From the human T2T-CHM13v2.0 reference genome, Homo sapiens, in assembly GCF_009914755.1 (NCBI RefSeq), contig NC_060933.1: a stretch of DNA of 64,000 nucleotides, one strand, 5' to 3'. The notes below the pieces were generated by a model. The model was not told the DNA's origin. It was given only the letters and a program-made list of their open reading frames with translations, and ran no database searches. This document shows, in pieces, positions 49,792 to 64,000 of this stretch. Position 1 is the stretch's first letter; every line of letters begins with the position of its first letter. The position numbers and the translations under genes were made by a program.

Positions 49792-49862
49792 TGAACAAGA
49801 GCCTACCTATCAGCCATTATAGGTAGGTAGGCTGAACAAGAGCCTACCTATCAGCCATTATA
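49792..49862. repeat. Perfect 30-bp direct duplication with an 11-nt inverted-templated spacer
   Basis: tgaacaagagcctacctatcagccattata at 49792-49821 and 49833-49862. Confidence 0.95.
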
Positions 49863-50520
49863 CCTAAGTGTCATCAGCCAGATTGCAGCAGAAACTTCAA
49901 CTCTAAAATTACTTTGCTAATATAAGCTTCTGTGAAACCCAGGACAATAATTCAGCTACTAATAAAGATCATGCAAAAAGGTGCTTTGAAAACACCCAGA
50001 AACAAAGTCAACTGACTATGCTCAAATTATACCACAGTTAAAGAAACACCAGCCCACACAGATGAGAAAAAAGCCAACATAAGAACTCTAGCAACTCAAA
50101 AAGTCAGAGTGTCACTTTACCTCCAAATGACTGCACTAGTTCTACAGCAATGGTTGTTAAATAGAAGGAAATGGCTGAAATGACAGATATAGAACTGAGA
50201 GGTAGAAGGAAATGAAGATCATTGAAATTCAGTAGAAAGTTGAACACTATTTCCAAGAATCTGAGAAATCCAGTAAAATGATTAAAGAGAAAAAAATTAG
50301 CCATTTGAAAAAACAAAACAAGACAAACAAACAAACAAACAAAAACCAAACCTAGCAGGTAGAGTTACAAAATACACTACAAGAATTTCATAAAATGATT
50401 GGAAATATTCACAGCAGAATGGACTAAGCCAAGAAAAGAATCTCAGAGATTGAAGACTGATTATTTAAGTTAACACAGCCAGAAAATAAATAAAGAAAAG
50501 AAGAATTTTAAAAAATGAAA

Positions 50521-50815
50521 GGTCAGGCATGGTGGCTCATGCCTGTAATCCCAGCACTTTGGGAGGATATTGAGACCATCCTGGCTAACATGGTGAAACC
50601 CTGTCTCTACTAAAAATACAAAAAAAAAAAAAATTCACTGGGCATGGTGGCAGGTGCCTGTAGCCCCAGCTACTCAGGAGGCTGAGGCAGGAGATTGGTA
50701 GGAACCCGGGAGGTGGAGCTTGCATTGAGCCGAGATCATGCCACTGCACTCCAGCCTGGGCTACAGAGCAAGACTCCATCTCAAAAAAAAAAAGAAAAAG
50801 AAAAAGAAAAGAAAA
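50521..50815 (+). mobile_element. AluY/Sc-like element with a deletion in the left arm
   Basis: 'tttgggagg|atattgagaccatcctggctaac' lacks the 'ccgaggcgggcggatcacgaggtc' segment. Confidence 0.92.
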
Positions 50816-53070
50816 AACCTTGGAGAAATAAGAGATTCTATAAAAAATTTCCCCAATTTCACTAGAGAGATTGACATATAAATTTAGAAAATTCAGATAA
50901 CCTATGTAAGATGCTATGTAAGACAACCATTGCAGAGACACAAAGTAATCAGATTCTTGAAGGTCAATGCAAAAGAAAAAAATATTAAAGGCAGTTAACG
51001 ACAAGGGGCAGGTCACATAAAGTGGAAACTACATCAAACTCACAGGGGAACTCTCAGCAATATCCCACAGTCAGAAGACATTAAGAATCCATATTCAGCA
51101 TTTTTGAAAAAATAAAATTTTGAACCAAGAATTTTATGTCCCACCAAACTAAGCTTCATAAACAAGGGAGAAATAAAATCCATTTCAGATAAGCAAAAGC
51201 TAGGGGAATTTATTACCACCAGGCCTTTAGAGACCACAAGAGATCCTTAAGAAAGTGCTAAACATGAAAATGAAGGACTGTTACCTAGCACCAGAAAAAC
51301 ACACTCAAGTATATAGACTATCAACACTATAAAGTAATTACACAATCAAGTTTACATAACAACCAGCTAACAACATGCTGGGAGGATCGAATGTGCACAT
51401 GTCAATATTGAAGATAAACAAGCTAAACACCCACTTAAAAGGCACGGAGTGGCAAAGTGGATAAAGAATCAAGACCCAACTGTATGCTGTCTTCAAGAGA
51501 CCCATCTCACATGTGAGAACACCCATAGGTTCAAAGTAAAGGGATGGAGAAAGAACTACCAAACAAATGAAAAACAAAGAAAAACAGGTGTTGCTGTTCT
51601 TATTTTAGATAAAACTGACATTAAACTAACGATGATCAAAACAGACAATAAAGGGCATTACGTAATGATGAAGGATTCAATTAAACAAGAAGACTTAACT
51701 ATCCTAAATATATATGCACCTAACACTGGAGCACTCAGATTCACAAAACAAGCTCTTAGAGATATACAAAGAAACTTACATAACTACACGATGACAGTGG
51801 CAGACCTCAACACCTTACTGACAGTGTAAGACAGATCACTGAGGCAGAAAACTAACAAAGATATTCGGGACCTAAACTTGACACTTGGCCAAATACACCT
51901 AACAGACATCTGCAGAACACTCCACACATCAACAACAGAATATATATTCTTATCATCTGCACGTGACACATATTCTAAAATCAACCACATGTTCAGCTAT
52001 AAGTCAATTCTCAACAAATAAAAAAAAAAATTTTACCAGCCACACTCTCAGACCAGAGCACAATAAAAATACAAATCAATACCAAGAAGATCTGCCAAAA
52101 CTGTAGGATTAAGTGAAAATTAAACAACCTGAACCTGAATGACTTTTATGTAAACAATAAAATCAAGGCAGAAATCAAGAAATTCTTAGACTCTGATGAA
52201 AACAAAAATACAACACACCAGAAACTCTAGAACACAGCTAAAGCATGGTTAAAAGGAAAGTTTATTGTGCTAAACACTTATGTCAACAGCTAGAAAGATC
52301 TCAAATTTGCAACCTAACATCACAGATAGAGGAACCTAAAAAACAAAACAGAACCAACCTCGAAGGTAGTAGAAGAAAAGAAATGGCCACAATCATAACT
52401 GAAATTAACAAAATGGAGATGAGAAAAAAATATAAAAAAATCAACAAAACTGAATGTTGGGTATTTGAAAGAAAAAATAATGTTGATAGGCCATTATCTA
52501 AACTTATAAAGAAAAAAAAGAGACAATATTCAAATAAACACAATCACAAAAGAGACAAAGGGGACATTACCAGTGACCCCACAGAAATACAACAACCCTC
52601 AGGGATGATTATGAACACCTCTATGTACACAAACTGAAAAACCCAGGGAAGCTGCATAAATTCCTGGAAGCAATCTTCAAAGATTGCACCAGGAAGAAAA
52701 TGAAACTTTGAACAGACTAATAGGAAGGTCCAAACTGAATTGGCAATACGATGCCTATCAATCAGAAAAAGTGTTGGCCTCAAAGGATTCACTGCCAAAT
52801 TCTACCAGATGTATAAAGAAGAGCTGATACCACACCTACTGAAACTATCTAAAACAATTGAGGAGGAGGGACTCATACCTTACTCATTCTATGAGGACAA
52901 CATCATTCTGATACCAAATCCTGGCAGAGATGCAATGAAAAAAAAAACTTCAGACCAGTATTTCTAATGAACATAGATAAAGAAATATTCAACAAAATAC
53001 TAGCAAACCAAATCTAGCTGTACATCAAAAAGCTAATCCACCACAATCAAGTAGGTTTTATTTCTTGCAT

Positions 53071-53582
<512 letters not shown>

Positions 53583-54749
53583 TGCAAACCCCAACCTTTG
53601 GTAGAGTCTATGTGATATAGGGCCTGTGGGTGTGCAGAAGACAAGAGTTGAGCTTTAGGAACCTCAGCCTGAATTTCAAAGGATGTATGGAAACACCTGA
53701 ATGTCTAGGCAGAAGTATGCTGCAGGGGAAGGGCCCTCATGGAGACCTCTGCTAGGGCAGTGCAGAAGGAAGATGTGGGGTCAGAGCACCCATGCAGAGT
53801 CTCCACTGGGGCACTGACTAGTGGAGCTGTGAGAAGAGGGCCATCATTCTCCGGATCCCAGAATGATAGATCTACCAAAAGCTCACACCACTCACCTGGA
53901 AAAGCTGCAGGCACTCAACACCAACCTGTGAAAGCAGCCAGAAGGGAGGCTGTACACTGCCAAGCCATAGGAGTGGAGCTTCCCAAAGCCATGGTATCCC
54001 ATCTCTTGCATCTGTGTGACCTGGATGTGAGACATGGAGTCAAAGGACATCATTTTGAAACTTTAAGGTTTAATGACTGCTCTGTTGGATTTCAGACTTG
54101 CATGGGGCCTATAGCTCCTTTGTTTTGGTCAATTTCTCCTATCTCCAATGGGTGTATTTACCCAGTACCTGCACTCCCATTGTATCTAGGAAATAACTAA
54201 CTTGTTTTTGATGTTACAGGCTCATAGGTGGAAGGGACTTGCCTTTTCTCAGATGAGATTTTGAACTCGAACTTTCAGGTTAATGCTGAAATGAGTTAAG
54301 ACTTTGGGGGATTCTTGGAAAGGCATAATTGTGTTTTGAAATGTGAGGACATGAGATTTGCGAGGGGCCATGGACAGAATAATATAGTTTGGCTTTGTGT
54401 CCCTACCCAAAATCTCATCTTGAATTGTAATGCAAATTGTAATCCCCACATGTTGGGGGAAGGACATCATGGGAGGTGATTAGACATGGGGATCATACTG
54501 TTCTCATGATAATGAGTGAGTTCTTATGAGAGCTGAAGGTTTTATAGGGGCTTTCCCCCACTTTACTTTGCACTTCTCTCTCCTGCAGCCATATCAAGAA
54601 GGACATGTTTGCTGCCCCTTCCACCATAAGTGTATGTTTCCTGAAGCCTCCCCAGCCATGCAGAACTGTGAGTCAATTAAAACTATTTTGATTCTAAATT
54701 ACCCAGTCTCAGTCAGTTCTTTATAGAAGCATGAGAACAGACTAATACA
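53583..54749 (+). mobile_element. 5'-truncated THE1D-like provirus (partial internal region plus 3' LTR 54380-54749)
   Basis: The internal sequence starts mid-element at 'tgcaaaccccaacc'. LTR has 'gaaggacatgtttgctgccccttcc' and ends 'gactaataca'. Confidence 0.88.
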
Positions 54750-54935
54750 GTGACCCACCCCTTTATATTTGTTTAACTGAGTTGATTCAATGAATCCATC
54801 TCACAGCTCTCAGTTTTTTTCCTCAGCTTAGTCCTTTCTGTTGTTAATACTTCCAGTTAAACAATGAAATGCTCATAGTGAGTTTTTCAGCTATTAGACG
54901 AGTTTGGGTCATTGTCTTTTTTTCCTTTTTTTTTT

Positions 54936-54980
<45 letters not shown>

Positions 54981-56815
54981 TGGAGTCTTGCTCTGTCACC
55001 AAGGCACCAAGGCTGGAATGCAGTGGTGTGATCTCGGCTCACTGCAACCTCTGATTTCAAGCCAGTCTCCTGCCTCAGTCACTCGAGTAGCTGGAACTAC
55101 AGGTGTGTGCCACCATGCCTGGCTAAGTTTTGTATTTTTACTGGAGATGGGGTTTCACCATGTTGGCCAGCCTGGTCTCGAACTCCTGAACTCAGGTAAC
55201 CTGGCTGCCTTGGCCTCCCAAATTGCTGGGATTACAGGTGTGAACCACTGTGCCTGGCAAGAGTTTGGGTCTTTTAAAAAAATGACTATATCGTCTCTTA
55301 GCTCTTGTTTCTTTCTAATTGATTCCTTAGATTCTTTGGATGGGCTTTTAACTGTCTCCTGAATCTCAGTAACCTTCATTGCCATCAAGCTTGTGAATTC
55401 TGTCTATTATTTCAGTCTTTTCAGTCTGGTTAACAGCTGTTGCTGGGGAGTTAGTGTGGTCATCTAAAAATAGACACTCTGGGTTGTTGAATTGCCAGTG
55501 TAGTTATGCTGGTTCTGGTTCTTTCTCATCTCTGTGAGCTAATGTTCCTTTAATCGTTGAAGTTTGTTTGTTTGTTTGTTTGTTTGTTTTGGATGGGGCT
55601 TTTTACTTGTATACTTTGATGTCGTTGAGGGTTTACTATGCTATAAGTTGCATTTAATTGACTGGCTTCATCTCTGGATGATTTCAGGTGGCCAAGGCTC
55701 AGCTCAGCTCTCCTGGGATGTGTGCTCTAACACTGGAGGGATTGGGACCTGGCCCACAGCTTTTTTATATGCCCCCTCAAGATGAAGTACCTGCTGCACT
55801 GACAGGGCCACAGCATTCTCAGTCCACTGGCAGCAACAGTCCAATGGGGGATGCCAACAAAAGTGCTTCATTGGAGCATTTGCTGAGGGGTCCATGCTTA
55901 CGCACATGTGCACCAGCTGCAGCAGGGGTGCAGTGTGGCATGTTATACTCATACTCACCCTGGCAGTGGCAGGTTGTCAGGGTTTATACACACACACCAG
56001 TGGGGCCCATGCAGTTGCAGTGAGGACTCTGCATATGTGCACACTGGCGAAACAGTGATTGGAGACTGTGCACAGTGCATGCCGGCAATGCAGTGAGGGG
56101 GGACTGTAAGTAGGTGTGCACTGTTGGAGGTATATTTGCAGAAGCTCTCCAATGAGAGCAGAGTAGAGTCTGCTGCTATGGTGATGGCCACTGAGAAGCA
56201 CCCTCATTGGGCATGCAAAGCTGCCCTCCAAGAGGGTATGGCCTGGCGGGGACCCCAGGAGAGTCCAGTCGACAGGAGAGCATCTAATCACACTGGCATA
56301 TCCCATGGGCAAGACAGCCCTTCTCTGTGCAGGTCTGACAATCAATAATGACCTAAGTCACTCAGAGGCGTGTGGTAAGCCTTAGGAAATGGGTGTCCCT
56401 GGCTGTGCTTCACTGGAACCTTTCTTATGTCAAACTATCTGGGCTCTACACATACTGGAATCCTGTCTTTGCTACTTCTCCAAGCAACTCTCCTTGCTAA
56501 CTCGAATGTCCATGGGGACTGTGAAGTCTCCTAAAGCTAGGATTCTGGAGCTCTTTGGAAAGAGTAAGCCACTCCATCATATTTAACTCACCCCCTCCCT
56601 CACCTTTCAGGGCCAGGAATGAGTCCTGGTGCTCCACAACCCCATGCTGGGTTCCCAGCTTTCTGATCCTTTAGCCCAGTGTCTCCATCCTCTCTCCTTC
56701 CACTCTCAATGCTTTCCTTTTGAAGATCTGCTCAGAGTGTGCTGGTTTTCTTGATAGTCAGCTCTTTCAGTGGAGGATCTTCCTGGCTCTGTCTTGATGG
56801 CCATTTTGGTTCTTC
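54750..56815 (-). mobile_element. L1 (L1PB/L1MA-type) 5'UTR and ORF1 start, antisense
   Basis: Antisense ORF1 motifs, GC-richer 5'UTR, and 'ggccattttggttc' whose reverse complement resembles the L1 start ccaagatggcc. Confidence 0.75.
54911..55259 (-). mobile_element. AluS with a (CA)19 microsatellite in its tail
   Basis: TSD gagtttgggtc (54900-54910 / 55261-55271). (GT)19 at 54941-54978. Confidence 0.93.
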
Positions 56816-56989
56816 TGTCTTTTAGGGTTTCCTTGGTGAGTATCAGGTGTTCATAAATTAAGGATTTATATATTGGGTTTAATAATCAAGATTGTAAATC
56901 AAGATATCTTTAGTGTGATGAAAGGAAGTAAATTATAAAACGTATTTAGGTTACTATGTTGCTCTTAATAAGTAGTACGGCTGCCACAT

Positions 56990-58150
56990 TTTAAAGTGTT
57001 TTTTTTTTCCCCTATGGTTGTTTTAAGGATTTCTTTTTCTCTGTCACTCTCTGTCATTCCAGCTCTCATTTTCTCTCTTTCTCTCACATCAGATTTATTG
57101 TTAAGTGTTAATTCAGTGGTTATTTTTTCCTTGAAATTTACTGTGTTTCTTGAATGGACACGTGTATCTTTCATCATTTTGGAAAGTTTAAACCATTAAG
57201 TATTCACATATTTATCTGCTCCATTTATTTTATTCTAGCTCTCTATTTAAATATATCACTTCACACAACTCATTATTTGTGATAACCACTCTTCTACATT
57301 TCCATTTTTTCATCTCACTGTATTGAACTGTGCTCATTTGCTTTTCTGATTTAGCTTCCAGTGATGTAGTTCTTTTGCTGTGTCCAAAATATTATCATAC
57401 TCATGCTCCTAATGTTTAATTTTAGTCATAATATCATTTATCTTTAAAATTTGTTATTAGTTTCATGTTAAAACTGAAAGATTACATTGTATTGTTTTCA
57501 TTTGGCAGATATTTTCAAATTTACTTCTTAGAACATAATACAAATACATGTTTTTCAATGTGTCTGTAATAATACCAGATCTGCAATTTTTGTGACTTTT
57601 TTCTGTTATTTTTCCTGCTACTTATTGCAAAATGTGTCCTGTTTCCTTGCATTCTTTATTAGCTTTGAAAGTATGATGCTTACTGCTTCTGCCAAAATTA
57701 CTTGGAAGGATTCCTCAAATCCTGGAATGATGACTTCCTATATAGAATCATTTTCTTTATCTTTACTAGTTATCTCTGTAGATTACTTTAAGAACGATAT
57801 AAATTAAATTAGTAGCTTCCTGCTGTGACAGCCAGCCTGTGGACTATCCTTCAAAACCACAACTTTTCCCATTTCTACTATTTAACCTGGTTTATTCATT
57901 TTCAGGACAGCAATCCACACATTTTCCCGGAAGTGGAGGGACAAGGGTCAGTAATCGTTTGCTTTAAACATACTCTGATATTTCAGGCCTTTAAAACAAT
58001 AGCACAGGTTTTAGGAAGTGGATTTCCAAGAAAACTTCCCATTTTTGCCTGACATTTCTACTACTGCCTTCTCACTTATCCACCATTGAGTTTCTTCCGG
58101 ATCAAACAACCTTCTCGAAAAATATCAGATACTTTAGCCCTAATTAATTC
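56990..58150 (-). mobile_element. Old L1ME-type remnant, antisense
   Basis: 'tctttcatcattttggaaagtttaaaccatta', 'gttcttttgctgtgtcca'. Confidence 0.45.
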
Positions 58151-58160
58151 TCATACTTTC

Positions 58161-58416
58161 TTTTTTTTTTGAGACAGAGTCTTGCTCTGTTGCCCAGGTT
58201 GGAGTGCATTGGTGTGATCTTGGCTCACCACAACCTCTACTTCCTGGGTTCAAGCTATTCTCCTGTCTCAGTCTCCCAAGTAGCTGCGACTATAGGCATT
58301 CACCACCATGCCCAGCAAATTTTTGTATTTTTAGTAGACATGGGGTTTCACTATATTGGCCAGGCTGGTCTCAAACTTCTGACCTCGTGATACACCCACC
58401 TCAACCTCCCAAAGTG
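58161..58416 (-). mobile_element. 5'-truncated AluS
   Basis: Antisense Alu ending at 'cctcccaaagtg'. Confidence 0.92.
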
Positions 58417-60149
58417 ATTTTTGATCAAGTAATTCCTTACATACTTACCATTTTCTTCCTTTAAGAAGATTTTATAAAATATTTATATATCTATTAATAT
58501 TATCTGCCGTTACCTGACAGAAGTAGATATGCATCATTTTTTGATGCAGGTGGAGACTTAATAATTGAGAAAAATAATATAATCTATAAGCCTGTAGTAA
58601 AGATTAAACCAAAAAATCAAGAGTTTGATCACCTCTGTAGATAAAGGAAATAAATTGATAAAGTTCAAAATTTGTGCTACACTTGAAGGAAGTAATTTGA
58701 AATCATTTATCTTATAAAGGCTTTATAATCCAAGAATTAAAAATACTCACTTTTTTCCATTTTAGGTATTCACATCAAAAATCTATTACCTAACATATAA
58801 AACTATCAAGTATGTTGATTATGTTTTTAGTATAGTGGTATTGTTTATCCGGATTTAATCTTGAAGATTAAAAATAAAAATAATGTTAACTTCAGTTAAC
58901 TGTTCAGGCAAATTATTTTCTTTTTTGATAAAATGTATTTGTGTTGCTACACACTGACATGGAGCTGCAGATTTTCTCATTCAAGTTATTAAAATGCCAA
59001 CCACCTTTGTAATGCTAGTAGTCACTGCCAAATCAATTTTCATTATATCGGGGGGAAAATACAAATCTTCTTAAAAACTGATATAACTGAAACTGTATGT
59101 ACATTGTATTATATCACAAAATACATGTAAGTATAATGAAGAAAAATTTGTTAAGAAAGTTTACCAAAGCATTCTAGTTAAGATTACATTTAGGTGGATA
59201 AGAAATTTTTCATTTCCAAAAAATTACAAAACAACGGTAAATTGAGTTGGTATTTCACAATATTTGAATTGCAATAGTATGAAGCGTGTATCTAAATGCA
59301 TGCTATTTATGAGGCAATAGTTATGACAAAGGCATAGTAACATAATTGATTTCCCTTTGCATTCTGAGTTTGAGAATAATTAGGTAAATGACATATAAAT
59401 GAACAAGAAATAATTCCATTGATCTTATTAGGCATTATTATTAAACTATACCAGTGTACTTAATGGAAAAAAATGTACATATCGCTATAAATTGGTCTCT
59501 CTGCTAACATATAATATTTAAAATTTTGAAAACAGAAAGTTAATGTTATTAATCATTTTATTAAATAAAGCAAAGATATATCAGCCATAATTATAATAAT
59601 TACTTCATGATATGTTTGGATAAACATGTTTATTAAAACAGAATTCTACATTTGAAAGATACTATACAACATTTTATTTACATATTTTAATTGAAGTCTA
59701 CTGAAAATACACCAGAAAACCTAACAGATACACTTAACATAAGGGAAACATTATCCTACACTGCTTCACTTTTTCAAAGATGTTATTCCTCCTAGTTAAT
59801 GACTTACTCTAAAAAGAGTGTTAGAAGTAGCTAAAAAGAAAGGCTATGTTTAAATATGTGAAGAGGGCAAGTTTGAACATTTAATATTTATTGCCCACCT
59901 CTTAGCTTTGTTATGCTCTCAAGTGACTCTTAAGAGAATTTCACACTTCGACAATATTCAGAGAATAAGAGACATGACATTGTTAAATACCATCAACATG
60001 CCTGCTGCTCCGTTTTGAAATGTTCCTGAATTCAAAATACCCCAAAATAGTTCAGAATATCTTGCTTCTGATGTCAGGATTTACTCTGAACAGAAATATT
60101 TTGAATGAAGAAACACAAATATGTAATGAGGTATAATAGTACCCCTCAC

Positions 60150-62225
60150 TAATTATTAAAGAAAGACTACCCGAAGGCTAGATTTATCTTCTTGCTTGAA
60201 AAACAAAATCAAGGAAACACCCACAGAAATACAAGACTCTGGATATGAGGGAATGAAGTACTTCCCGAAAGACAGAAAACAAAGGAGTTAAACCCTGCTA
60301 CTGCCCTAATTTAGTGGCTAGAGTTTCCAGCAGTGGGGCAGAGAAAGTGGGCTCCTAGAGTTGTACAAAGCCAAGAGTTCCAGGAGACTAAGGTAACTAG
60401 AGTTTCTAGGTCTGAGAAGCTAGAGATTCAAAGAGAGAAATCTCTGATATCTACAGATGTTCTCCTTTCAGTGCTTAGCAGAATACTGATTAGTGTATAC
60501 ATGTGAGTAATCTGCTCACTGCCAGGGAAACAAGCATCTTCAAAGATTAAAAACAAACAAACAATAACAACAACAAAAACCAGTGCCTGACATTCACACA
60601 TGACCTGGATTATACCTGTATTTGCCAGTCAAATGAAAGAAAAAAGCTCAATTCACAGTGCATTTGGTAAAGCAATTTAAAAGGTCTTGCCTCAGGGGTA
60701 GAAATTAATTAGATTTAAACTGAGTACTGAGTTGAACGCATCAAAAAATCATAAAAGAAGTATCTAAAAGGATCAAGCGGTTTTGAACAAATTAACTGTG
60801 TCCTAGAGAAAAAGCTCATATTTTGTACAGAAATACAAAATATCCAGCAATCACAAAGATAACATTAACAAAAACTTCCATTATATTAAACTGTAGTTAG
60901 GTTAAAATTTCTTTAACAGATTCACAGAGACTAGCAGCACAAAGTTTTGTAAAGATTTAGAGCTACTGGAACTCTCATACCTTGATGGTAGAAATGTAAA
61001 ATGTTTTAAAAACTTCTGAAAACTGTTTGGAAATGTCTTATTTTCTCATAATGTTAAGCATACACCTATACTATGACAAAGAACTCCATTATAAGGTGTT
61101 TACAGGCCCTCGATCAGAAAAAACATAACCAAACATAAGTTGTATAAACATGTATATGGAAACTTTATTTAAGATAGTCAAAAATTTGAAAAATTCTAAA
61201 TGTCTATCAAAGAAAAGTGGATAAACATTGTGTGACATAATCACACAAGAGAGATTACCTTTCACCAATTAACAATTAATGAGCTTTTGATACGCACAAT
61301 GACACAATTAATCTCAAACACATGTTGAACCAAAAGATGCCAGGCAGAAATTAGTGCACACTGTTTTAATTCCAAAAACAGATACAACTACTGTGCAGAT
61401 ATGAGAAAAGTGGTTGCTTCATTAATGAGAGGTATTAACTAGAAAGAGATATTAGGAAAATTTATTGGGTCATATTTGTGCACTTGAATGAAAGTAGAAT
61501 TTATTTTTGTAAAAATAAAGATGTCAGCAGATATTCAACTACTATACATGTACTGTCACATGTAACCTACCAAAGAAAAATATGTTTAAAAATACTTTTA
61601 CAAAATGACAATTTAAATTAAATAAATTTGCAACTATTTGAAAACCAATTTGGCTGTTTTCTATAAAAGTAATTATTCATCCACCCAACTTCCCTATAAT
61701 CAAGTCACTCCTAGGCACTTATTCAAAAGGAGTAAAAACTCTTCTCCACAGAAAGACTTGAATAAGAATTGTAATAATGAATTAACTTTTAATTACCCCA
61801 AAATAGTAAAGCTGATGTGTTCAACAACAAATAGAAAAAAATCTGGTATATTCACACAAGAAAATACCACCTACCTATTGAAAGAGACCAACTATTTATA
61901 TATGCAACAGCATTTATGAATATCAAAAACATTTTAACTAATCTGTACACAAAAGTACATGTTGTATGGTTCCATTCATATGAATTTCTGGAAGACAAAA
62001 ACTATTCTATTGTAAATAGAATAGTTGTTGCCTTGGGAATGGAGATGCAGTTAAATGAGAAAGAACATGAGTGGACTTTGTGGTATGATGGTTACTACAA
62101 CATAATAGTAAACGTTACTATATTTTAATTATATATGTATATGCATTTGTCAAAACTTATAAATATTACTTAAATTTGTTCACCCTATTTTATGTAAATT
62201 TTATATAAAAATAAACAAAACAGAA
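60150..62225 (+). mobile_element. Old L1M remnants: 5' region, then two consecutive L1MC/ME 3' ends (~60950-61620 and ~61625-62225)
   Basis: 'ctactggaactctcatac...aactgtttgg', 'gtggataaacattgtg', then a second run 'ctatttgaaaaccaatttggc', 'gcatttgtcaaaact'. Confidence 0.6.
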
Positions 62226-63284
62226 AAAAATCCTAGTCTTTTTAGGAGTATGATCAAAGTTAATCACAGATTGTTTATATGTGAATGAACACACAAAAAA
62301 TATGTATGCACTTACCTCTCCAAAATGTTGAAGTGTCTGCTTGTAAAAGATACCGTTAATATTTATTCATTTAACATATTCATATGATTCAAACATTTAA
62401 ATATTTAAAATAAATATTACCAACACTTTTAGTAAATTGGAAAGTTTAAGTCAATATCGAATTGAGAGTTTTTTTCTCATTTGGTTGATTCATTAATTAT
62501 AATCAGCAAAAAAAATTTGCATATGTTACGTTTCGTTATACAGATACATTTGTGACATATAATTGCAGTATTGGGCAATGACTGATAAAGTTGTATTTTA
62601 TCAAAACAGCTTTCTGAGTATGTGATATTGTGATATATAAGTAAAAAAATGCTAATTCATGATATTCATGATATGGACAACAGAAATATTTTGTAGCATC
62701 AAATTTTAGACAAAAACAGAGGTTTACATTTAACATCAATGTCAATAATAGAGTCAGAATTGATATCAAACTTGAGAAATATTTTTACCAAAAGTAGGTC
62801 TTTCATAATTAATATGAATTGATTTCTGCCAAACTATCATATTTAGCCATGTGGTCAGTAATATAATGTAAATTATATGTAGATATATATTTTTAAAGTT
62901 GAGGACACCTAAATAAAACATGTAAATTATTTTAATTACTTGACAATCTATTATATACAAAGTATTTAAGTATATTTTAAACATATTTAATTTAACTAAT
63001 TTTTTGAGTGATTTGAGCAAAATTCTGTTTTAGTTCATGTATAGACATGCTTATATTTGAGTTACTGAAAATGCAAACATTTAAGTAGTCTACTCTTAGC
63101 ATATTAATATGTCCTGTATTCATTACAACATTAATTGCATTAAATTCAGCTACTATGAATAAATAATCTATCACATATACATTTTAAAGGTAGAAGCATT
63201 TTAGTTTTATACAAGGATGTCTTTTTGAGCTGACATAGGTTTCCAAGATTTGAGACAATATCAGAAGATTTATTAAAAATGATA

Positions 63285-63771
63285 TGAGACAGCAACTCCC
63301 CACATCACTTTGCTGGCATATATCTGCATGGGTGGGCTTTACTTGCTTCAACAGCACATGGGAATGCAGTGTGCCCCCCATAATCCCCACCAACCACCAC
63401 TGCAGATGGATCCTTGTTGGGCACAGAGTCATCAAGCCCCATCTACACCAGTGCCCTGCCCTTGTGCTGTGCTGCACACAGAGCAGGGGATCCCCCCACA
63501 ACCTGAGCAATTGCTCCTGCTTGCAGACCACAGATAAGGCGCCAAGACCTCCACTGGCCAGCACCCCACCCCAAGCCATCACCACCTACAGTGCAGCAGT
63601 GCACTTGGTCTCCAGCAGAAGGCCCTTGCTCCCCCAACAGCTGCCTTGCCTCCAATACTGTGGTGAACACCTGCAGAGAGGCAGACACCCCTATATCCAC
63701 TAGTACTTTGCTGCAGGTACTGCAGTTTGCTATCCCCAGCACAGTGGACTCCAAATCTCGAGGAGCCACAG
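63285..63771 (+). mobile_element. L1M/L1PB-type GC-rich 5'UTR fragment
   Basis: Abrupt rise in GC with degenerate L1 5'UTR motifs 'cacatcactttgctggc' and 'atccccagcacagtggactcc'. Confidence 0.5.
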
Positions 63772-64000
63772 TGTAAGAGATCGATCAGGTTGTTGTGGGA
63801 ATCAGGAGACTGGAGAGATTGGTAGGTGAAACAGAAGGATTTTTATTGAGTGCACTCAGAACCAGAAGATTAATATCCAAAGACTGGACCCTGAACAAAG
63901 ACAGCACTTGCCTTTTACGCACACTTCTAAAAGGGGGTGGTCTAACTTGAAACAAGCTTACAGTTGTGCAAAGTATAATGATTCAAAAGCAAGGATACAG
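63772..64000 (-). mobile_element. ERV LTR (LTR18-like), cut by the window end
   Basis: Starts TGT. Antisense poly(A) signal 'ttttatt', then 'atccaaagactggaccctgaacaaagacag...ccttttac'. Confidence 0.5.

Larger units (their letters stand above)
45204..53067 (+). mobile_element. L1PB (L1PBa-type) element: long repetitive 5'UTR, ORF1 (~50063 on), ORF2 EN region; 3' half missing; contains THE1A and an Alu
   Basis: Starts 'ccaagatg...ctagaagcagct'. ORF 51449-51829 has EN motifs 'CCLQETHL' and 'ILNIYAPN'. ORF 52740-52967 has 'GFTAKFYQ...SFYE'. Confidence 0.88.

Noticed and set aside
55560-56600. Cluster of GC-rich ORFs (also 63184-63776) as exons or a CpG island
   Set aside because: They lie in CpG-depleted L1 5'UTR remnants and the proteins match no family I recognise.

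Overview
AT-rich, repeat-dense primate (human-like) intergenic or intronic DNA. I can support no intact cellular protein-coding gene. Almost all ORFs in the track come from L1, Alu or MaLR elements. The window is a nested transposon landscape: old L1M, L2 and MIR remnants; MaLR elements (MLT1A solo LTRs, two-LTR MSTA and THE1A proviruses, a truncated THE1D); ERV LTRs (MER77-, MER31-, LTR41- and LTR18-like); DNA transposons (near full-length Tigger1, MER2, MER8, MER91A); nine Alus; a 7SL retropseudogene; and several L1PA/L1PB insertions. The most informative non-transposon object is a minus-strand chimeric retrocopy at ~21143-21652. It begins at the 5' end of H/ACA snoRNA SNORA70, keeps the downstream part of its RPL10 host intron, and continues through the spliced last RPL10 exons and 3'UTR, so it looks like a fossil of a snoRNA-capped polyadenylated RNA. 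Other notable structures: a twin-primed L1PA2 with a short 3' transduction, a two-subfamily L1 3'UTR chimera, two young L1s inserted at the homologous position of antisense old L1s, and small templated-inversion mutations. Subfamily names come from recall of consensus sequences and need RepeatMasker/Dfam confirmation. I see no evidence for a wholly new biological system.
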